From assembly GCA_951406725.2 (NCBI GenBank), contig OX597831.1, positions 49,786,001-49,850,000 of the forward strand: a DNA stretch of 64,000 nucleotides. Direction: 5' to 3'. Origin of the DNA: Octopus vulgaris (Eukaryota). Both the position numbers and the translations under genes were made by a program. Shown here one piece after another: positions 53,159 through 64,000 of this stretch; position 1 is the first letter of the stretch, and every line of letters begins with the position of its first letter. The notes beneath the pieces are model-generated. The model made no database searches. It saw nothing but the letters and a program-made list of their open reading frames with translations, and had not been told where the DNA came from.

Positions 53159-54840
53159 AATCATGTCTTCCAATCTTTTCCTTCGTTAAATTTTTTTACT
53201 TCTTGATACGAAGGCAAAAAATACTAGAAAATAATTCCCAAGGTAGAAAAGGTTACGAGTGTATAATATATGTTATAGATTGCAAAGATGCTATCTCTTA
53301 AATCTGCATCTTCGCTTTTCCCCATGTGCAGTTTACGCTATCTCAATATCGAGCGTTTAAGAAAAACTATCCCTCCAAAATAATGCGCTTCATGATTCAT
53401 TGTAAACTTCTAAACAGAATAACTACAGTATTTTCATAAATGCTGGCAATATGCTTTAATAGTGTGATTCTATTCAGTGGTATATCCCAATCTTTTATAC
53501 ATATATATTCGTGTCGTATGTCAATGTATAATAACATTGTCGTATGTCAATGTATAATAACAGAATATTCCATAGCCAAAGCTGCAAATGAATTTTGTCG
53601 ACAGAAAGCGGTATTGATTTGTTTATCTTTTCGTAATCAAACCATTTCTACAACAGGTCGATAAAAGAAGTAACAGACTTAAAAAAATACATAACTTGCT
53701 CGGTTAACTCATTCAAGAATTGAAAAAAATTTAAAGAGTGTGACAGAGTTAAGAAAATTTCGGAGAAAAATTCTTTGTTGTACTTTCGTTATATTTCATT
53801 ATATTTTGACTTCAGATACCGCCAGTCTGCTCTGTTTCCATCTCTCAGAGCAGAGGGGTGGGGGTGGGGGATAAAATATGTATCAGTGGCAAACTTGTAC
53901 AAATCTTTGTACAAATATGTTGTTAATAATGAGCAAAAAAATCTAAGATGGAAGGCATTATCCACTTACTTTATGCAGATGCATTAAAATCCATCTATGG
54001 CTGTATTATTTAATGTGCCATTTTAATTATAAGAGCAGAGTTTGGAATATGAGGATGACTAGTCTACTACTTCTAGTAGGTCTTTCTCCTATGCAGTGGC
54101 TTCTTCGGTGGCACAATATAACGTATCTACTATATTTACTTTGTGGTGCACTACACACGAGGCTGTTCTTTTCCGTTTTCTGTTGCACGTGACTTTTTCT
54201 AAGAGATGAAGTTGCTAGAATATTGTCATTTTGTGGTTTCACACACACAAAAAAACACACTTAACAGAACCGTAGTCGAATCCAAGACACACATATAGAT
54301 ATAGATAGATAGATAGAGAGAGAGAGAGGGATGATGAGAGAGAGAGAAAGAAGGGAGAAAGAAAATGGAAAGAAAGAGAAAAAGAAAGAAGGAGAGCAAA
54401 AGATAAATAAAAGCCAAAAAGATCGACTCTAGTTCTTGTCTAGTACTTACTGGCACAGGAAAGATGACAAAAAAGACTGAAATAGTTTGAACTTGAAGTC
54501 ATGGAGTCGGCAGACATGTCCGCATTGGATTCTATCCGACACCCTTCGTTTTCTTTAATTGTTTCATATTTCTGTGGGTTTTTTTTTCCTTCGAAATTCA
54601 TTTACAATCATTATTAGCTGTTGTGATTCTCCAACGAACAGTTAATTTACACGATTTGCGTCTACGTCATTTAACATATTACCACATTGCTACATTACAA
54701 AAAACTTTGCACAACTGATTATATGGCATTTCAAATATATGAACGATTAAAGTGGCCGTACGGAGATTAGCAAAGTTGGTAAAATACAAAAACAAAAAAT
54801 GAGACGCAACGACAGCCATATAAAGACATCAGATATATAT

Positions 54841-55006
54841 AGGCGCAGGCACAAATTGGTGGTAAGAAGCTTCCTTCCCAACCACGTGGTTCCAGGTTCT
54901 GTCCCACTGCGTGGCACCGTAGGCAAGTGTCTTCTACTATAGCCTCGGGCCTATCAAAGACTTGTGAGTGGATTTGGTAGACGTAAACTGAAAGAAGCTC
55001 GTCGTA

Positions 55007-55057
<51 letters not shown>

Positions 55058-55142
55058 ATGCGTGTATATGTTTGTGTATCTGTGTTTGTACCCCAATATT
55101 GCTTGACAACCGATGTTGGTGTGTTTACTTACCCGTCGTATG

Positions 55143-55173
<31 letters not shown>

Positions 55174-55420
55174 CTGTGTTTGTTCCCCCACCATCGCTTG
55201 ACAACCGATGTTGGTGTGTTTACTTACCCGTAACTTAGCAGTTCGGCAAAAGAACCGATAGAATAAGTATCAAGCTTTAAAAAGTAAGTATCGGACTTGT
55301 TACATTCGAAACTTGTTACATTCGAAAACTTCTTCATGGGTTAAATTCGACTCAAAATGTTCTTCAAAGCGGTTCCTCAACATGGCAGTAATCTAAGATT
55401 GAAATAAGAAAAAGGTAAAA
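54841..55420 (+). mobile_element. Group B SINE with internal duplication
   Basis: gcttgacaaccgatgttggtgtgtttacttacccg occurs twice (55101, 55196). Confidence 0.85.
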
Positions 55421-55889
55421 AGGATATGTCAACCTAACCCTAGGATTTTTAGGTAATATTCAGCTTAGTCAGAAATGGGAAGCATGTGTCAGTAAATTTC
55501 AAACACGTACCGTTCTTGTGGTACTTCATACGCATGTCGATCAAAATCAGAAACTACATGCTATCCCGCTCCTCATAACATCAGGTAGTCTCAATGACAC
55601 TACAAATTCTCCGGGATGTATTGATAAGTGAATAAGTCATGAAAGGAATTTGTTCAAAGTAAATATGTATGAAAAATTTTTACAAAATGCAGGAGTGTCG
55701 ATTCTGCATTTCTTTAAACTTGTGAAGTAGCAGCCGTCTTCCTCTCAAAATCCGAAAACCCACTTCATTGAAGAATATGTTTAAACGCGTGAAGTAAGAG
55801 CCGTCTTTCTATCAAAAACAGACACCCACTTCACTGACGAATTTGTCCATAACGGCACCGAACATACATACATACATACATACATACAT

Positions 55890-55980
<91 letters not shown>

Positions 55981-56340
55981 CATATATTTGAGTAGTAGAC
56001 TTAATCTATCGTTTGCTTTTAAACTATCATTATTGGTCACATATATTAAGTCTTGCGAAGACATGAACCGTATTGCAAACACCTAAGGTCTTGGACACGG
56101 GTCGGAGACAGAGCCCTTTTACCTCTAAGCCTAGAACACATACACATAAAGAAGGAAGGTTGAAGTGCATTTGGAGTTTCGAAAAGATATATTTACATTT
56201 ACTGAACCGGCTTCACAATTTTATGTTTTCTGAAAATAGTGTAGTATGAAGCATAGCACTGCTTATTTTGACTATGAATAATGTTCGAATATTTTTCGCT
56301 TGTTCAAAAGAAGGTTATATTTTCCATTACTTTAAGGATC

Positions 56341-56746
56341 CTTTACTCTTTTTTACTCTTTTACTTGTTTCAGTCATTTGACTGCGGCCATGCTGGAGCA
56401 CCGACTTTAATCGAGCAACTCGACCCCGGGACTTATTCTTTTGTAAGCCCAGCACTTATTCTATCGGTCTCTTCTGCCGAACCGCTAAGTAACGAGGACA
56501 TGAACACACCAGCATCGGTTGTCAAGCAATGCTAGGGGGACAAACACAGACACACAAACACACACATGCATATATATATATATACGACAGGCTTCTTTCA
56601 GTTTCCGTCTACCAAATCCACTCACAAGGCTTTGGTCGGCCCGAGGCTATAGTAGAAGACACTTGCCCAAGGTGCCACGCAGTGGGACTGAACCCGGAAC
56701 CATGTGGTTGGTAAACAAGCTACTTACCACACAGCTACTCCTGCGC
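56341..56746 (-). mobile_element. Full-length group B SINE
   Basis: Reverse complement of 57905-58312. Confidence 0.9.
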
Positions 56747-56779
56747 TTTTCTTTACATCTTTTTTGAAAATAAAGGCAA

Positions 56780-57790
56780 GTAAGTAATACATTGTAATCG
56801 TCGTGACATTCTTCGATCTTTGTATAGCTGGTCAGAATTTGTCTTATCCTGAGCAGACTAGATACTCATCTCGTATAAGCAAATACTTACCCTGACTCTC
56901 ACTCATTGCGGCTTCAAGTGGAGTTGAATGACGAACGGTATGATACACTCATTAAGGCGGCGAGCTGGCAGAACCGTTAGCACGCCGGGCGAAATGCTTA
57001 GCCGTATTTCGTCTGCCGTTACGTTCTGAGTTCAAATTCCGCCGACATCGACTTTGTCTTTCATCCTTTCGGGGTCGATAAATTAAGTACCAGTTACCCA
57101 CTGGGGTCGATATAATCGACTTAATCCGTTTGTCTGTCATTGTTTGTCCACTCTGTGTTTAGCCCCTTGAGGGTAGTAAAGAAATAGGTATGATACACTC
57201 ATTGAGGCAGATTGCAGAAAAATTACGTGACAGAAATCAGCAATTGACCGTATTTTGTGGACCTTACCAAGGCATTAGATTCGGTACACCAAGGTGTTCA
57301 CCGGAAAGTAGTAAAGAAAATCGAGCAAGTGATAACATGCTAATTGATTTCATTTCCGTTCATGAGGATATGAGAGCTGCATGTATATTTTGTAAATCAT
57401 CTCAGTTCTTTCGGAGTTGGCAATGGTACTATGAAAGGATATCTTTTTGTTGTCATAACTTCTCAGTAATGCATTTAAGACAATGGTAAATGATTCAGAT
57501 TGGATCCCTGTACTAGCGTAAGATCGTTTAATCACTGGAGAATCAAGGCGAAATCACTGAATAGGAAGAAAGTTATTCTTAATAATCTACCTGCTGATAA
57601 TGTAACTCATGTGACAACATTTTCTTTAGAAGCTCAATAGTTGAATGCTCTTTTTAAAGCTTGTGGCACCGTTAAAAAAAACAAAACAAAGTAATTTATA
57701 TCCTGAGCCAAATTTTTAATCAAAGAAAAGAATACATGATCCGCCGTGCAGTTTCTAGCAAATCGTATAAAATGGAAATCTTTCATTTAA
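56780..57790 (+). pseudogene. Decayed RTE-like LINE RT, interrupted by a SINE
   Basis: LPDS..CGF..GMIHSLRQIAEKLRDRNQQL..FVDLTKALDSV..HEDM; boundaries approximate. Confidence 0.7.
56955..57186 (+). mobile_element. Full-length group C SINE (Meta-domain-like)
   Basis: B-box GAGTTCAAATTCC; central tttcatcctttcggggtcgataaattaagtacca; TSD ggtatgatacactcatt (56937-56953, 57187-57203). Confidence 0.9.
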
Positions 57791-57904
57791 AAAGCAATAT
57801 TCAATTTTTCTATGTTACTAGAAAACTAATGCGAAATTGGAAATCATAAATGTAGTCAAATGAAATAGGTTCCTTTCGTAAATTGGAAACATTATGTCTA
57901 AAGA

Positions 57905-58312
57905 GGCGCAGGAGTGGCTGTGTGGTAAGTAGCTTGCTAACCAACCACATGGTTCCGGGTTCAGTCCCACTGCGTGGCATCTTGGGCAAGTGTCTTCTGC
58001 TATAGCCCCGGGCCGACCAATGCCTTGTGAGTGGATTTGGTAGACGGAAACTGAAAGAAGCCTGTCGTATATATGTATATATATATATATATATGTGTAT
58101 GTGTGTGTGTTTGTCCCCCTAGCATTGCTTGACAACCGATGCTGGTGTGTTTACGTCCCCGTACCACTTAGCGGTTCGGCAAAAGAGACCGATAGAATAA
58201 GTACTGGGCTTACAAATAATAAGTCCCGGGGTCGATTTGCTCGACTAAAGGCGGTGCTCCAGCATGGCCGCAGTCAAATGACTGAAACAAGTAAAAGAGT
58301 AAAAGAGTAAAA
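57905..58312 (+). mobile_element. Full-length group B SINE
   Basis: A/B boxes; tail ending in (gtaaaaga)n. Confidence 0.92.
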
Positions 58313-60123
58313 GAGAGAGAGAGAGAGTAAGCTAAAATGTGTATTAACATAGAGTCCTTTGAGCTTTAGTTTGTTGATGCGATACTTGGATTCTTTATAT
58401 TCGATATGGCGTCTCTGATATTGATCTTTTCGTGTCAGATATTGAAGCTATACTTATTTAGTGTTAATTTTGATGGGATGGCTGTTAAATTTGGATAAGA
58501 TAGGATATATACCCAAGGATCTACTAAATTATCAATTTCATGATAAAGCACGTTGTGCTTAGAGAGGTCTGTTATGATATAAAAAAATTGAACGAAAATT
58601 GAATTTATCTAATTTAATATATCCATAATATCATACAAAATAAGAGACATATAGTGGAAATTTATAGAAGAAAATGATATGATGTAATAATAGATTTTGT
58701 GGCTTCAAGTAAAGATAAATTGACAAAAACACATCGAAAAGCAGCAATTTTAATCCAATTTACCATCAGGTTTATCCGATCGTGCTGTGATTAATGAGTG
58801 CGGTTTTGTTTGTAAACCTAGAGCCGATTTGAATGATCAACACAAACATAAACATTAGGATATTGACTGAACGGTTGGAGCGTCACGCTTGGAGATCAAC
58901 AAGAAAGTTCATCCAAACACACACACTCGCACACATACACATACTTATACGCACGCGCACACACACAAACGCACACTTGTATGAGTGTGTGCGTATATAT
59001 ATATATGTGTGTATATATATGAATGTATGTAAGGTATGTGTGCGCATGTATTTAGCATCCAATTTGTACTATTTTTGCCGAGTAACAAGTTGAGCAGATT
59101 TTATATGACGTAACCTCTTTATCGGATCTCTTCGAGTCAACCAATCACTTTCTAAGAAATATTGACGCAGATTCACAAAACATCATTATCGCGAATCTAT
59201 TTGCCTATGATTAAGATGATTTGATGTTGAAGATCTACATCACTCCTATAAGCAGTTCTTTCTTAAAATCTCCTACAAACACAAGTTGCATTGATTATCG
59301 GGATTTGAACGAGAGAAATCTGGAAAAGAACGAAGTTAAAATAATAATATAGTATACCTGAATATATTCTGGTTGGGTGCAGCAACTTTGAATTAATCTG
59401 ATGTACAAATGCTATGGCTGTCTTTTTTTTTTACACTCGCTTCCTTATATGCAAGGGCCTAAACAAAGAAACGTATACCTGTCTATAAAATAATGATACA
59501 GACATAAATCGATATGAAAGTAAGAAATTTAGATTAAAATATCTTCGCTCTTTGCATTTACTTTTTCGTTTAAACTAAGTATTATATAAGACTGCACAGA
59601 GGCATTGCTTAGTGATATGTCTGTATACACATATGGATATATATATATATATATAGCTATGTATCTAACAACATATATGCGTACACACACACATATATAT
59701 ATGCGTGTGTACTTGTATATGAATGTATATGTGTATACATATATATATATGTGAATGTATACGTATATATATATATTTATATATATATATATATATGTGA
59801 GTGTGTGTGTGTGTGTGTATGTGTGTGCGAGTGTGTATCATGTATGAATACATTTAGATATACATAAATATATACATATATTTTTTTATACACGCACATA
59901 TTTTATTTTTTTTATCTAGTTTCAGCTCACGTGCTGTGGCCATGCTGGGGCACCGCCATTTCAAAAGATATATGCAATAAAGAAAAAAAATGTTACACAC
60001 GCAGACACACACACATATATCTTTGTATGTGTGTGTGTGTGAGTGTGTGTGTGAGTGTGTGTGAGTGTGTGTGTGTGTGAGTGTGTGTGCGTGTGTCTGA
60101 AAAAGATCGAATACGAGGAACTA

Positions 60124-60692
60124 TTGGGTTGTCCGGAAGGTTCGTGCCGATTTATAGTAGATTACCTTTCGACTTATTTTATTTAGAACGTGGTTGAGTC
60201 CATAAAATAGGACTTGACTACACCTCCGTTTAGAGCACTGTTAAAGCTATCTTTTCGTGCAAGAAGGTTTATGTTCCTATAACCTGTGTTAATTCTGTAA
60301 CTCTTTAAAATGGAAGATAAGAAATTTCCTTTTCGGCACTTGATGCTTCGGGAGCCAGACAAAAATCGCTGCGGCTCTGCTGGGATGTGTTACCCCACCT
60401 TCCATATTCACCAGATATTGCTCCTTCGGATTTCCACTTATTCAGGTCTCTGCAGAATAGTCTTAATGGTAAAAATTTCAATTCATTGGATGACGTAAAA
60501 AGATACCTTAATGAATTATTTGCCATGAAACTACCTCAATTCTGGGAAGAGGGTATTTTCAAGTTAAAGGAAAGATAGAGACGCATTGTGCAACAAAATG
60601 GTTCATATTTGGTTATTAAAATTGTAATGGCAAGTATTTATTGACCTTTTTCTTTCCTTTAAAAATCGGCACGAACTTTCCGGACAACCCAA
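60124..60692 (+). mobile_element. Internally deleted mariner element
   Basis: ~30-bp TIRs ttgggttgtccggaaggttcgtgccgattt / aaatcggcacgaactttccggacaacccaa, TA TSD; MEDKK..FRHLML joined to WDVLPHLPYSPDIAPSDFHLF. Confidence 0.92.
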
Positions 60693-61147
60693 TAGTTTCT
60701 CCTGCTGAACCACGCGATGAATATCATTGCGTCACCGTCGTCCATCTTCAGCATTACGAAAACAGCGGCGGCGACGATAACGATAGTGTTGTTGATGACG
60801 TTGATAATAACGATCAGGATTATCGTCATTAATTCTCCAATGCTGATATATCTTTATATCGTCCAGTATTTCGAAAGAATCGGCTTCAGAATACAGATGT
60901 AGACTTTCAGTACTTATAGGCGAAATTGTGATGGGAATTTTGCTGAGATTAAAAGACATCCTTCTTTATTTGTGTGTCAAAGAACCATAGCGGATTTTTG
61001 ACACCGGCATTTTAATTTTTCGTTTTAGTGGGTATGGTATAGTCGATTCTATCGATCACAGTATATGATTGGAGCTTAATTTATCTCTGGATATCCTTTT
61101 TGCTTATTTATATATATCCTTTTTGCTTATTTATATATATATAAATA

Positions 61148-61682
61148 CTCCTTCACAAAAACTGAGAGGACACAGATAGTGTGTCTCTAGCCAGCTGGAG
61201 GAGATATCTTCCTGGGGCTACAAACTACAGTAGCATCCACCCTTAGCGGTTAGCCATATTCAAATGGCAAATATGCGTCACGATGTGTTACCGCTACTGT
61301 TTATAACTCGCTCTGAGATTTATCATTGTTTGATTTCACTTTTTCAATATCAGTGTCAATCGACACTGGAAAAAGTATATGTATTTGTGAAGGGAGCTGA
61401 CTTCTCGTCGACAACCATGATTGTCACACGCTGATGAAAGGTAAACACCTTGAAACTCGGGTCCGTGTGTATCATGAGTTGAAGACGGGGAGGATGACTC
61501 CCCTTCACAAATACTGAGAGGACACAGATAGTGTGTCTATAGCCAGCTGGAGGAGATATCTTCCTGGGGCTACAAACTACAGTAGCATCCACCCTTAGGG
61601 GTTAGCCATATTCAAATGGCAAATATGCGTCACGATGTGTTACCGCTACTGTTTATAACTCGCTCTGAGATTTATCATTGTT
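61148..61682 (+). mobile_element. Candidate retrozyme: 352-bp unit, ~1.5 copies
   Basis: 61150-61329 repeats at 61502-61682; reverse-complement homolog of 18418-18853; ends in (TA)n. Confidence 0.85.
61425..61469 (+). ncRNA. Canonical type I hammerhead ribozyme
   Basis: cacacg-CTGATGA-aaggt aaac acctt-GAAAC-tcgg-GTC-cgtgtg; stem I extends to 61381/61514. Confidence 0.9.
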
Positions 61683-61920
61683 ATATATATATATATATAT
61701 AATCCAAGATTTTATTTTTGTACTTATGGGAGTTACTGTCTTCGGAGACGTATATTGTCGTTCATTTTTTGAAATGACGAGTAGACAGACAGCAGACGAC
61801 TGATGACGGGTCGACTTTGTGTTACTTGTCCTATTTTTTCCTCTTGTGGTTTATGTATTTAACTTATTTGTTTTCGTATTTCATGTTATTTACTGTTGGT
61901 GACGTCCTGTACTCATATAT

Positions 61921-61951
<31 letters not shown>

Positions 61952-62054
61952 GTATATACCGGAGTAAACACATAAATGTGAAACAAGATGGAAAAAAGAG
62001 TACTCAAATACCAGTGGTAGAGTAATATGCTTTATTTAAAGCAGCAGAAAATTC

Positions 62055-62108
62055 AACAAAATCTGTTACTCTGAGTTTCTCGTTGCCGTTCATCAGACAG
62101 TTTTTGTT
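62055..62108 (-). ncRNA. Minimal type I hammerhead (minus arm of palindrome)
   Basis: ctgt-CTGATGA-a cg gcaa cg a-GAAAC-tcaga-GTA-acag. Confidence 0.65.
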
Positions 62109-62116
62109 AGAATTCT

Positions 62117-62170
62117 AACAAAAACTGTCTGATGAACGGTAACGAGAAACTCAGAGTAACAGATTTTGTT
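62117..62170 (+). ncRNA. Minimal type I hammerhead (plus arm of palindrome)
   Basis: aacaaaa a ctgt-CTGATGA-a cg gtaa cg a-GAAAC-tcaga-GTA-acag a ttttgtt. Confidence 0.65.
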
Positions 62171-62189
62171 GAATTTTCTGCTGCTTTAA

Positions 62190-62265
<76 letters not shown>

Positions 62266-62400
62266 ATATGTAATCCTAGCAGTTGCCGTGTTTCCTTTTA
62301 AATCGGCTAACCACAGCGTAGGTCCATGAATGAATGATGTAAATCATTGAATTATAAAATTATATAAAATCTCCGTTCTCCTGATTATTATTACTTATAC

Positions 62401-62441
<41 letters not shown>

Positions 62442-62639
62442 TGTGTTTATGTATATGTGTGCAAGCGCGTTTAATGTGTTTACACATATATACATGCAGA
62501 CATAGATATATTCATACACACACATCTGTATTTATAAATACATAAATATATTCATATATATATATATATATATATATAAGCATATATGTATATATGCACG
62601 CGCGCACACACACACATACGAGAAATGATGAATAAGTAT

Positions 62640-62900
62640 ATGGGAATTCAACCCATATTGTCGAAAAGGGCCTTAGGCTCTACTCAGACGAATATGGGAA
62701 GTTGCTGGAAACTGTGATCAATCAAGGGCTGGGGACAACTTCTTGCCATATTTTCCTAAAATGTCAGAGCTGTTCCTCGGAGAATTTCTACGACTTCACT
62801 CGTCTTACTTTCTGGCCAACTAATTCGCTCGATCATAATCGCATGGATATCTATGTATAGAACACTATTGAAAAATACACCAACCTCTCTGCCTGCAGTA
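62640..62900 (+). pseudogene. Decayed Tc1/mariner (maT-like) transposase catalytic fragment
   Basis: ENFYDF..FWPTNSLDHNRMDIYV..IEKYTN resembles WPPNSPDLNPLDYYVW. Confidence 0.5.
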
Positions 62901-62979
62901 CCATACATATATACGTGTGGTGGTAGTGGTGGTGGTAGTATGTGAGTGTGTGTGTGTTATATTTTGTATTTTTATTTTT

Positions 62980-63198
62980 TTATTTTACTTTTTACAGTCA
63001 CTGGACTGCAGTCATGATAGGACACTGCCTTGAAAAAGTTTTAGTTAAATCAATTGATCACAGGACTTATTTTTTAAAGTTTGGTACTTATTCTATCGGG
63101 CTCTTTTGCCGAACGGCTAAGTTACGGAGACGTAAACACACCAATTCTGCTTGCAAAGCCATGGTAGGGCGCAAACATAGACACACAAACACACACAC

Positions 63199-63267
<69 letters not shown>

Positions 63268-63658
63268 TTACGGAGATGTACTCGCATAGCAAGTGATTTG
63301 ATCTGAGATCGTGTGCTGAATCGAAAACAATTGCGAAAACAATTGCAGCGCGGAAGGTGTTTGTAGGCCATTTAAGAAACACACAAAAGCCGTTCGAGTG
63401 TTTGTAACCATTTCAAAAACTTCGAACGGCTTTTGTGTGTTTCTTAAATGGCTTACAAACACCTTCCACGCTGCAATTGTGTATATATATATGTATATGA
63501 TAGGCTTCTTTCAGTTTCCGTCTACCAAATCCACCCACAAGGCTTTGATCAGCCCAAAGCTATAGAGGACACTTGTCAAATGCATCAGGTAGTGAGACTG
63601 AATCCGGAACCATGTGGTTGGGAAGCAAGTTTCTTACTAAGCAGCCATACCTACGCTT
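62980..63658 (-). mobile_element. Diverged group B SINE interrupted by a palindromic insert (63270-63480)
   Basis: Tail at 62980-63200 and head at 63500-63658. Confidence 0.75.
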
Positions 63659-64000
63659 ATGTATATATATCATAAAATTGCTTACAACTGATACCAGAGA
63701 AGAAAATGCTAAGGAAACCATTTTAGTTACTTTGGTCTCTTTCCTTCTTTTCTTTATACATACACAGACATACAGTCACACACACACACTCACACATACA
63801 CACACACACATACACACATATATAGAGATTTACATACATATAAATACACAGGGCTTTTTATTGTGAAAATTTAGTGTTGACCCGTGAATGCAAACCAAAA
63901 AGCGATTCATCCAGGATATATTTAACTGGTAAGCGAGAGAAACCTAAAGTGAAGTTTTTGAAAACGGGTCCACTGGAACGGCCTTCACAGATTTACAATA

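Larger units (their letters stand above)
62031..62194. repeat. 164-bp spacerless palindrome (one mismatch) with a hammerhead on each strand
   Basis: Centre GAATTC at 62110-62115; 82-bp arms. Confidence 0.92.

Noticed and set aside
61795-61830. CTGATGA motif (also isolated CTGANGA at ~9833, 31092, 32290 and 40152)
   Set aside because: No downstream GAAA..UH with compatible stems

Overview
AT-rich, microsatellite-saturated eukaryotic (animal) non-coding DNA. The SINE families and the (TA)n/(CA)n density suggest an Octopus/cephalopod genome; this is inferred from repeat content, not from a database hit. No intact host gene was recognised, and nearly all listed ORFs are microsatellite or SINE artefacts. 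Recognisable content: three tRNA-derived SINE groups (>20 copies), a nearly intact IR/DR-type Tc1 element (DD34E, one premature stop), decayed mariner/Tc1/pogo/Helitron pieces, R4/Dong-like and RTE-like LINE fragments, several Penelope-like element (PLE) remnants, and an 846-bp foldback element with internal (CCCTAA)n. The main signal is a dense and diverse set of type I hammerhead ribozyme (HHR) motifs: roughly 20 intact or decayed motifs, found by eye, in about 10 or more unrelated sequence contexts. Nearly all have a (near-)palindromic stem III typical of dimer-acting minimal HHRs. Several sit in short non-coding tandem units (352, ~393, ~513 and 531 nt) inserted into (TA)n tracts, making them candidate retrozymes or non-autonomous PLE-dependent elements. 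One dispersed family has a conserved non-canonical core (CUGUNGA). All folds were read manually and none has been tested.
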